Shown here: positions 1 to 7,591 of the stretch, one piece after another
Numbering within the stretch: position 1 is the stretch's first letter
Layout: the number at the start of each line of letters is the position of its first letter
Source: an uncultured Clostridia bacterium
GTDB taxonomy: Bacteria > Bacillota > Clostridia > Christensenellales > UBA1242
DNA: 64,000 nt
Assembly (NCBI GenBank): GCA_937893125.1
Contig: CALBHW010000050.1
Location: 3,847 to 67,846 of the forward strand
Direction: 5' to 3'
Translations under genes and position numbers: made by a program
Notes under the pieces: generated by a model
Told to the model about the DNA's origin: nothing
Seen by the model: the letters and a program-made list of their open reading frames with translations, nothing else
Database searches by the model: none

Positions 1-695
1 AAAATAAAGAGCCTTTTATTTTAAAACGCGACGAAGCATACATCGGAGTTCTCATTGATGACCTTGTCATAAAAGGCACAAACGAGCCTTACAGAATGAT
101 GACAAGTCGCGCCGAATACCGCTTGCTTTTAAGGCAAGACAACGCGGACATTAGACTTACGCCTTTAGGTCGAAAAGTGGGGCTAGTGGACGACGCTCGC
201 TGGGCTCTTTTTAACAAAAAATTACGCCAAATCGAGCGCGCAAAACGGGTGCTTAACCAAAAAGTTGACGGCAAAAAAGCCTGCGAATTTTTGCGTGGAA
301 TGGGCGAAGGTGAAGGCGGGGTTATAAGAACATACGCTGACCTTTTAAAGCGTAGCAAAGTGACAATTTTCGACATAAAAAGCCACTTCAATGTGCTAGG
401 TCGCATTCCGACACAAGTTTTAAATTATGTTGAAACAGAGATAAAATACGAAGGCTACATAAAAAGGCAAGAAACACTCGTCGAACAATTAAAACGCGAC
501 GAAAACACTTCCCTTTCGCCCGATTTTGACTACTCGCTTGTGAAAGGTTTAAGGCTCGAGGCGAGACAAAAACTAAACGCCATAAAACCTTTGACTCTTG
601 GTCAAGCAAGCCGTATTAGTGGTGTTTCACCTGCCGATATTGCAGTTTTGTCAGTGTATTTAAAGGTGAAAAACCGCCTTGAAAAAACGACTTAA
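1..695 (+). CDS. mnmG: MnmG (GidA) tRNA U34 carboxymethylaminomethyl-modification enzyme, C-terminal part; 5' end lies outside the window
   Basis: The frame is open from base 3. The translation contains [25 protein letters not shown] and [18 protein letters not shown], typical of the MnmG C-terminus. rsmG follows, as in gidA-gidB operons. Confidence 0.9.
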   Translation, partial: NKEPFILKRDEAYIGVLIDDLVIKGTNEPYRMMTSRAEYRLLLRQDNADIRLTPLGRKVGLVDDARWALFNKKLRQIERAKRVLNQKVDGKKACEFLRGMGEGEGGVIRTYADLLKRSKVTIFDIKSHFNVLGRIPTQVLNYVETEIKYEGYIKRQETLVEQLKRDENTSLSPDFDYSLVKGLRLEARQKLNAIKPLTLGQASRISGVSPADIAVLSVYLKVKNRLEKTT

Positions 696-940
696 AAATG
701 GGCATTGTGAACCTATTAAAGACATTTTATATACCAACAAAAAAACTTTTTTCTAGTGAAAAATCTTTAATGAATATTGGTCTTTTATATTTCTATGAAA
801 CGGTGCGTATTCGTAAAAATAGAATTTTTATACTTTCAAAAACCTATTTTGTTGTGATAAAATCTTTAATAGATATTCTCTTACGTTATTAGTTATTTAA
901 ACTATTTATAAAACTAAAAAACATCAAAAAAGGACAAAAA

Positions 941-1645
941 ATGGATTTTAAAAACCTTTTAAAAGAAAAATTTTCGCTATTTGACATCAATTTGTCTGAC
1001 TTTCAACTTTCGCAATTTGAGACCTACTATAATTTACTTAAAGAGTGGAATGAAAAGTTTAATTTGACGACAATTTTGAGCGAAGAAGATGTCGTTATAA
1101 AACACTTTTTGGATAGCGTTTTATGTGTAAAAAACTTAAAAAATGGCTCAAAAATTTTGGACATCGGCTCAGGTGCAGGCTTCCCCGCTCTTCCACTTAA
1201 AATTGTAAACGACTCACTTAATATTACAATGATTGATAGTGTCAATAAAAAGGTAACTTTTTTAAACGAAGTTATTTCAAAATTAAACCTAAAAAATGCT
1301 CACGCCTACCACACCCGCGCGGAAGATATGGCAAAAGGCGAGCGTCGCGAAAGTTTTGACTATGTTGTGTCGCGCGCGGTCGCGAGTTTAAACACGCTAT
1401 CTGAATATTGCCTTCCTTTTGTAAAAATTGGCGGTTATTTTGTAGCGTACAAGTCGGAAAAAGCGGAAGAAGAAATCGAACTTTCGGGTCGCGCAATCGA
1501 AAAATTAGGCGGAAAAATCGAAAAAACCGACGAAATCGACCTTTTTGGCGCAAAAAGAAAGTTTATTTATATAAAAAAGATTTCTTCAACACCAAAAACC
1601 TTTCCCCGAGGGAAAAACAAGCCACGCCTTGCCCCATTAACGTAG
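941..1645 (+). CDS. rsmG: 16S rRNA (guanine527-N7)-methyltransferase RsmG (GidB)
   Basis: 234 aa. SAM motif LDIGSGAGFPALPLKI, conserved position after mnmG, typical length. Confidence 0.9.
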   Translation: MDFKNLLKEKFSLFDINLSDFQLSQFETYYNLLKEWNEKFNLTTILSEEDVVIKHFLDSVLCVKNLKNGSKILDIGSGAGFPALPLKIVNDSLNITMIDSVNKKVTFLNEVISKLNLKNAHAYHTRAEDMAKGERRESFDYVVSRAVASLNTLSEYCLPFVKIGGYFVAYKSEKAEEEIELSGRAIEKLGGKIEKTDEIDLFGAKRKFIYIKKISSTPKTFPRGKNKPRLAPLT

Positions 1646-1781
1646 TTTTTTAAAAACGCTAAAAGCGCTAAAAATGCTTAAAAATTTTATAAAAAGAACT
1701 AAAAAATCTTATTTTATCCACAAAAAGTTATAAAATGTTGATATGTTTTTAATATGAATTTTCTTATAAAATACTTATATA

Positions 1782-1823
1782 AGCCTAAAAATCACGCAAA
1801 ATAAATGATTTTTGGGCTTTTTT
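1782..1823 (+). terminator. Rho-independent terminator downstream of rsmG
   Basis: 13-bp stem agcctaaaaatca / tgatttttgggct, followed by a T-run. Confidence 0.6.
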
Positions 1824-1893
1824 ATATAAAAACATATTCTTTATTGATTTTTTAGTTTGGATATGATATAATTTAAATATAGAGGAAAGAAAA

Positions 1894-2853
1894 ATGGTTG
1901 AAAATTCATTACAAAACTATTTTGATAGAAAAAATATGGAAAAATTGGGCAAAGATGACCCAAATATGCTTGCTTTATCAATGACGGCAGTCCGTTTTGG
2001 CTCGGAAATGGAAATTGAGATAGTGGGAAAAACAAAATTTTACGGTGCAAATATTAGAGCCATCGTCAAAGAATTTAATGACACTGACTTTTCTATGAAG
2101 TCAAAAGACGACATTGTTGCTTTATGTAGCGAAATCCACCAAAGATTATCCGTTAAAATGGGGGTTGAGCCTTGCAAAGTTGTTTTTAAGCAAAGTCTGC
2201 CAGGAATTGTTGATGATGTGATGAACTGCTCAAAGGACAAAAATCTAATTAGTATTTACGACTCAGATGTTAACTTGACTAGTGCGGACTATCTTTTTAA
2301 CATCCTTCACGAAACTTACCATAATTATCAGAACCAAAATGTTAACAAAATGATTCAAGGCTACGCTTACGACAAGAATGTTCTTGTTAGTGAAATGCAA
2401 GAAATTATAAATGAGTCAGACCTTGAAAATAATGTTTACGGAACTTTTGATATGGACGCAAAAAAAGCGGATAAAGAAAGGAATTATCTTGAAAGTCTAA
2501 AAGAAGTCGAAGCAAATCTATTTGCCTATGAAAATATGAAAAAATTGCAGGAAAACGGGCTTATTCTTGACGAAAAGTCGATAAAATCTTTAAAAGGAAA
2601 GAAATTTTTAGATTTTGTCTTATCTCAATATTTTGATAAAGAGAAGCGTGAAGAAATGCAAGATAGGATAAAAGACGGATATTGGAACATTAAACAAACA
2701 TACAAAAAAAATAAAGAAAAATTGCCCGAAAATTACGCAACGCGTGTTAATGACCTTTTCTATGCTCTTGACGAACGAGATGTTGACAAATATTTTGAAG
2801 ATTTTGGTAAAAAGGTTGAGCAAATTCAAGATTTTGATCGCGAACAAATCTGA
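1894..2853 (+). CDS. Hypothetical protein with an HExxH motif (HETYH); possible metallopeptidase-like fold
   Basis: 319-aa ORF with an AGAGGAAAG RBS-like stretch upstream. The only recognisable signature is ILHETYHNYQ. Confidence 0.55.
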   Translation: MVENSLQNYFDRKNMEKLGKDDPNMLALSMTAVRFGSEMEIEIVGKTKFYGANIRAIVKEFNDTDFSMKSKDDIVALCSEIHQRLSVKMGVEPCKVVFKQSLPGIVDDVMNCSKDKNLISIYDSDVNLTSADYLFNILHETYHNYQNQNVNKMIQGYAYDKNVLVSEMQEIINESDLENNVYGTFDMDAKKADKERNYLESLKEVEANLFAYENMKKLQENGLILDEKSIKSLKGKKFLDFVLSQYFDKEKREEMQDRIKDGYWNIKQTYKKNKEKLPENYATRVNDLFYALDERDVDKYFEDFGKKVEQIQDFDREQI

Positions 2854-2950
2854 TTTCATTTCTTGATATTTTAATATTTGGAACAAGAACGCGAGTAAAG
2901 CTAATTTTTTGCCCTAAATTTTGACTATTAGAAATAAGAATACAAATTAT

Positions 2951-3079
2951 GTGATGTTGCTTTGTATTCACAAGTCAATTTGCTTAACACAAATCCACAA
3001 CGAGTTGTAGCACCACTAGTTTGAATAACCATCAGTTTTGCTTGTGAGTAAACTCCCCGACAAAACTTCCGATAATATT
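2951..3079. ncRNA. Copy A of a conserved ~130-nt structured RNA-like element (unclassified; transcribed strand uncertain)
   Basis: Near-identical to 15231-15366. The predicted fold is a closing stem around three hairpins, plus a 3' hairpin. Most differences between the copies fall in predicted loops, with one compensatory pair. Confidence 0.45.
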
Positions 3080-3167
3080 CAAAATTTACTTTCTATAATT
3101 TTTATTGATAAATTTTTAAAAATAATAACTTATAGCCATAATTTTAACAATTTTATTGAAATTTTAA

Positions 3168-3200
3168 AGCGCTCAAAAATACTGGGCGTTTTATTTTTTT
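3168..3200 (+). terminator. Hairpin plus T-run downstream of element copy A
   Basis: Stem agcgctca / tgggcgtt (two G-U pairs), followed by ttattttttt. Confidence 0.4.
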
Positions 3201-3261
3201 CTAAAAAACTTATTTTTTTTCTAAAAAACTTATTTTTTTTCTAAAAAAATAAGTTTTTTAG
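3201..3261. repeat. Tandem 20-bp repeat (ctaaaaaacttatttttttt x2) followed by a partly inverted third unit
   Basis: Direct reading of 3201-3220, 3221-3240 and 3241-3261. The third unit carries ataagtttttt, the inverse of aaaaaacttat. Confidence 0.6.
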
Positions 3262-3444
3262 TGTAAAAAAGTGAAAAAAAGCAAAATTCTCACCAAAAAT
3301 AAATGAGGATTTGTTCATCTAAAAGGTAAAAATTCTGTCTCAGAACGCGATTTTTAATAAAAAAAGTGCGTTTTTTTACTAATTTTGATAAAAAAAGATA
3401 GATTTTATTTAATTTTCTGTTATAATAGTGACGAGAGGATTTAT

Positions 3445-4236
3445 ATGGGAAAAATTATTTCATTTGCAAATCAAAAGGGCGGAGTCGGGAAAACGACAAC
3501 CTGTATCAATTTGGCGGCATATGTTTCGGCACTTGGGAAAAAGGTGTTAGTTGTTGATATGGACCCACAAGGGAATGCTTCGAGTGGGCTTGGAGTTAAT
3601 AAAAATCTTAAACTTTCTACACTTTACGACGCAATTGACGGCGAAAAGGATATAACTGAAGTCATAAGACGTACGGGAGTTAAAGGTTTGGACATCATTC
3701 CAGCGACAGTTGACCTTGCTGGAGCCGAAGTTGAGCTTGTTTCTATGAGAAATCGCGAAAAAGTGGTTAAAGATTTACTAAAAAAGGTTAGAGATAACTA
3801 TGATTACATCTTTATTGACTGTCCACCGTCGCTTGGATTACTTACAATTAACGCTTTGACGGCTAGTAACTCGGTTGTTATTCCAATTCAATGCGAATTT
3901 TTTGCACTCGAAGGGCTCAGCCAACTTATGAACACGATAAAACTTGTAAAAAAGCATTTAAATGAAGAAATTGATGTCGAAGGGGTCATTTTAACGATGA
4001 AAGTGAGCCGTTCGAACCTAATTCAAGACGTTTCGACTGAAATTAAGCGCTTTTTTGGCAAAAAAGTGTTCGAAACTTTCATCCCAAGGAGTATTAGGCT
4101 CGCTGAAGCACCAAGTCACGGCAAGCCAATTATGCAATATGACGCAAAAAGCAAGGGTGGAGTAGCGTATTATGAACTCGCAAAAGAGTTTTTGACTAGA
4201 AATAAAGATAGTTATAAAAACATAACCAATTTTTAA
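3445..4236 (+). CDS. parA: Chromosome-partitioning ATPase ParA/Soj
   Basis: Deviant Walker A NQKGGVGKTT at the N-terminus after ATG 3445 (GAGAGGA RBS-like stretch upstream). The longer ORF-track start at 3385 is unlikely. Confidence 0.9.
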   Translation: MGKIISFANQKGGVGKTTTCINLAAYVSALGKKVLVVDMDPQGNASSGLGVNKNLKLSTLYDAIDGEKDITEVIRRTGVKGLDIIPATVDLAGAEVELVSMRNREKVVKDLLKKVRDNYDYIFIDCPPSLGLLTINALTASNSVVIPIQCEFFALEGLSQLMNTIKLVKKHLNEEIDVEGVILTMKVSRSNLIQDVSTEIKRFFGKKVFETFIPRSIRLAEAPSHGKPIMQYDAKSKGGVAYYELAKEFLTRNKDSYKNITNF

Positions 4237-4264
4237 AAACAATACTAAAATAAACAATTTTACG

Positions 4265-4297
4265 CCGTTAGTTATTAAAAAATAACTAGCGGTTTTT
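4265..4297 (+). terminator. Strong rho-independent terminator between parA and parB
   Basis: 12-bp stem ccgttagttatt / aataactagcgg, 4-nt loop, then ttttt. Confidence 0.7.
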
Positions 4298-4578
4298 ATA
4301 TTTTGACCATAAAAAATGATTTGCTAGTGGGTAGTTAACTATTTTTTTAAGTAAACTATCAAAGTTGCCTAAAATACATAATGTAATCTCACAAACACGA
4401 CCATTTCCAAACAATTTTTAAACTTGTTTCAAAATTTAATTCTATAGTTTTATTGGTACACTTTTTTCCCTTTTAAGGCTTATAATTATTTGTTTTAGCA
4501 AATTTGAAATATAACTTGCTTTTTTTGTTGATTTTGATTATAATATGAGTGTAAAAAATATTAAATAGGAGTGCAAAT

Positions 4579-5484
4579 ATGAAAAGGGGATTAGGAAAAG
4601 GGCTTGACGCGCTGTTTTCAATTTACGAGGACGATGAAGATGTAAAGGTTGCTGATAAGAAAGTTGAAAAGAAAGAAGAGGTTGCTCAAAACCAAGGTGT
4701 TGCTGAGATTGACATTAGAAAGATTGACCCAAACAAAAACCAACCTAGAAAGAAGTTTGACGCAAATTCGTTAAAGGAACTTGCGGAATCGATAAAACAA
4801 CACGGCGTTATTCAGCCTATTATTGTTAACGAAGAAAAAGACGGAAGATATGTAATTATCGCTGGTGAAAGGCGTTTTAGAGCAAGTATAACGGCTGGAC
4901 TTAAAACTATTCCTGCTATTGTTAGGAAATATTCGCCAAGAGAAGTTAAGGAAGTCGCTTTAATTGAGAACCTTCAAAGAGAGGACCTTAATCCAATTGA
5001 AGCGGGAAGAGCAATTAAGGAACTTATGGATGAATACAATTTTACACAAGAAGAAGTTGCTGATAAAATTGGTAAATCCCGTCCGCTTGTTGCAAATACT
5101 TTGAGGCTTTTAAACCTTTGCCCAGAAGTAATTGCTTTTATTGAAGTAAACCAACTTTCCGCAGGTCACGGCAAATGCCTCGTTGCTATTGAAGAAAAAG
5201 ATAGACAAATTGAACTAGCCAAATTTGTGATTGAAAATAAATTGACTGTTCGTGATTTGGAAAAACTTATAAAAGATGGCGCTACTAAGGCTAAAATGAA
5301 AGAACAAAAAGAAAAAATAGCGCAAAGTATTGAGCTTAAAGAATTGGGGCATAGAATGCAAAGATTGTTTAGAACCAAAGTTAAAATCGTTGGCGATGAC
5401 AATAAAGGCAAAATATCAATTGCATATTTCAATACGGATGACCTTGATAGGATTTGCTCTTTCCTTGACAAATTGGAAAGATAA
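4579..5484 (+). CDS. parB: Chromosome-partitioning protein ParB/Spo0J
   Basis: ParB box IIAGERRFRAS, an HTH region, a GGAG RBS, 301 aa. Confidence 0.9.
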   Translation: MKRGLGKGLDALFSIYEDDEDVKVADKKVEKKEEVAQNQGVAEIDIRKIDPNKNQPRKKFDANSLKELAESIKQHGVIQPIIVNEEKDGRYVIIAGERRFRASITAGLKTIPAIVRKYSPREVKEVALIENLQREDLNPIEAGRAIKELMDEYNFTQEEVADKIGKSRPLVANTLRLLNLCPEVIAFIEVNQLSAGHGKCLVAIEEKDRQIELAKFVIENKLTVRDLEKLIKDGATKAKMKEQKEKIAQSIELKELGHRMQRLFRTKVKIVGDDNKGKISIAYFNTDDLDRICSFLDKLER

Positions 5485-5591
5485 TTGTTTTCTAAATTTA
5501 ATTTTTGTAAAAAAAATAGCATATTAAATTTGTTATGTGTTTAAATGATTAAGTTAAAGTTTTAATTTCTTTTGTATCTATATATAGAAAA

Positions 5592-5620
5592 AGTCGCTTC
5601 AAAATGAAGTGGCTTTTTCT
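5592..5620 (+). terminator. Terminator after parB
   Basis: Stem agtcgcttc / gaagtggct (two G-U pairs), then tttttct. Confidence 0.5.
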
Positions 5621-5697
5621 TTGTCATATTTTTTATCACTATTTTCATTTATATTCGTCGCTTTGTCTTATTAAACTTTTACATTTTTATTTCTAAT

Positions 5698-5713
5698 TGT
5701 TTCACGTGGAACA
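5698..5713. promoter_or_regulatory. parS centromere site 1
   Basis: tgtttcacgtggaaca is the exact reverse complement of the Bacillus parS consensus TGTTCCACGTGAAACA. Confidence 0.85.
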
Positions 5714-5898
5714 ATTATTTTATCGTGCCTAGAGATGTTCTTTTAATGAATACTTGTGCGTAATGTTAATTTTCTATATAAATTTGTTTTGATTGCTGTG
5801 TCTTTGAAGTCTTCTTTGTTGGCAATATCTTTTATATAGATTTTCTATATGGTTCATTATTTGCTTATATTGTTATTCTATTTATTGGCAATAAAAAA

Positions 5899-5914
5899 AG
5901 TTCCACGTGGAACA
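5899..5914. promoter_or_regulatory. parS-like site 2 (14/16 match)
   Basis: agttccacgtggaaca, with a perfectly palindromic core GTTCCACGTGGAAC. Confidence 0.6.
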
Positions 5915-6158
5915 TTTTTTGTAAATATAATTTATTGTTTATTTCAATTTATTTTATTTCAAATTATTTTATAACAGATTATGAAGCGAACTTCCTAAAG
6001 TTGTCTAACTTCTGGGTTGCACCCCATTATTTTATATCTATTTTTATTTATTTTTCATTTATTATTTATTTTTTAATATATTATACCCGTTTTCATTATC
6101 TGTTTTAATTCTTTTCTTTTATTTTATTTTTCTGCATTAAACAAATTACATGTTAAAA

Positions 6159-6174
6159 TGTTTCACGTGGAACA
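6159..6174. promoter_or_regulatory. parS centromere site 3; overlaps the stop codon of the exonuclease gene
   Basis: tgtttcacgtggaaca is identical to site 1. The last four codons and the stop of the minus-strand ORF lie inside it. Confidence 0.85.
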
Positions 6175-7059
6175 ATTTTGAGTGGTGAGAATATCAATGT
6201 CACGAAGTGGTTTAAAATTTTTTAATAAAGCATATTCAATTGGATAAGATTCTTTAATTGGTGGATAATTGTATTTTGGTGTTGGAAGTTTAATTAAATT
6301 GTAGTTTTTTCTAATAATATCAATATTATTAACAAATTTTTGAATGTATTTGTTTGATTTCTCTTTAAACTCTTCAAGGTGTGTGTTAATAAATGAGTTG
6401 AAATTGTTTGTAAGTGAATCTAAATTTGACACATCTTGTATCGCGTTAATTATATTAACTGTCGTTTTAGGGCCCACGCCACTAATTCCCTTTATATTGT
6501 CTGATTTGTCACCAATAAGTGACTTATATAAACAAAAATTAGTTGGAAGTACTTGATATTTTTCATAAATAAAGTCTTTGTCGATATATGTAGAGTTTTT
6601 ACCTTTATAATTGATTATTTTGACATTGTTTGTAACTAATTGATAAAAGTCCTTATCAGAAGACAAAATATATGTGTTTTTGCTGTTGTTATTTGAAATA
6701 TATGCAATATAATCGTCGCACTCAAAGCCATCGGTTTCAATCCAAGAAATGTGTAGAAAGTCAAGACATTTTTTTATGTAATCTAACTGCTCAAATGGGT
6801 TGTTCTCTAATGTGGATAAGTCGGGTCTGCCCTGTTTATATTCCTCGTTTTCTTTTTGTTTATCCACAATTGAATTTTCTCCGTCAAAAACGACAAGACA
6901 ATTCTCTGCTTTGCAAAAGTTAATTGTCTTTGCTAATGCACCTATAAATCCGACTGTCGCGGTTATGTCCTTCCCTATGCTGTTTGTAAACGGAAATGGC
7001 ATTCCGAAAAACATTCTAAAAAGCAAGTTATGCCCGTCTATTAACAATAAATTATCCAT
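6163..7059 (-). CDS. 5'-3' exonuclease / flap endonuclease (Pol I N-terminal-domain family)
   Basis: N-terminal LLLIDGHNLLFRMFFG (PIN-like domain) and H3TH motif GDKSDNIKGISGVGPKT. Confidence 0.85.
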   Translation of the reverse strand: MDNLLLIDGHNLLFRMFFGMPFPFTNSIGKDITATVGFIGALAKTINFCKAENCLVVFDGENSIVDKQKENEEYKQGRPDLSTLENNPFEQLDYIKKCLDFLHISWIETDGFECDDYIAYISNNNSKNTYILSSDKDFYQLVTNNVKIINYKGKNSTYIDKDFIYEKYQVLPTNFCLYKSLIGDKSDNIKGISGVGPKTTVNIINAIQDVSNLDSLTNNFNSFINTHLEEFKEKSNKYIQKFVNNIDIIRKNYNLIKLPTPKYNYPPIKESYPIEYALLKNFKPLRDIDILTTQNCST

Positions 7060-7226
7060 TGTAACCCCTTTTGTGTAAATTTAATGTTTTTTGCTTATTC
7101 TTGACTTCATGTTTTTATTTTTTTAAAAAATGTTTGTATGTTTATGGTTGCAAATTTTGTTAAATTGCTATTCTCCCAAAAAAATTCAGATTTTTATTGT
7201 TTGTCTATTGTGCTAAAATTTTTAAA

Positions 7227-7354
7227 GTTATCAACAAAATGTTAGTTTTATGTTTGTAACTTTTTTGTAGTAAAAGTTATCCACAAAAAAAGTAATAAAT
7301 GTGTATAGTTATAAAAACATAACAAAAATTTCGAGTCGTGCTAGATGTGGATAA
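7227..7354. promoter_or_regulatory. Cluster of DnaA boxes: 7227-7235 TTATCAACA, 7277-7285 TTATCCACA, 7346-7354 TGTGGATAA
   Basis: Two perfect consensus boxes in opposite orientation plus one 8/9 box within 128 bp of an AT-rich 530-bp intergenic region. Confidence 0.5.
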
Positions 7355-7591
7355 CTTCATTATAATATCAAAATTAGTTATAAGATTATAACTATTCTTA
7401 AAAATTTTAATTACTTTTATTTGTATCTCTCTAAAACGATTTTAGCAAGTAACGCAGAAAAATGCAAATACTTTTATTTGAAGTTTTGTCCGAAAAATTT
7501 TAAAAGAAAAATTGGCAAATTTGTGCTATTTTATTTGATTTAAAAGTAATAATATGTTATTATTAGTAGTATTAAATTGGAGGAGTAATCT

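Noticed and set aside
698-892. 64-aa ORF between mnmG and rsmG.
   Set aside because: No RBS, an AT-rich low-complexity translation, and a position that looks like ordinary intergenic or promoter DNA.
3038-3244. 68-aa ORF overlapping structured element copy A.
   Set aside because: The equivalent frame in copy B stops after 15 codons. The remainder is a poly-Phe/Leu/Lys translation of AT-rich DNA.
5630-6160. The repetitive-looking AT-rich island after parB as a possible CRISPR array or tandem repeat locus.
   Set aside because: There are no regularly spaced direct repeats. The only recurring element is the parS palindrome, at irregular spacing (201 and 260 bp).
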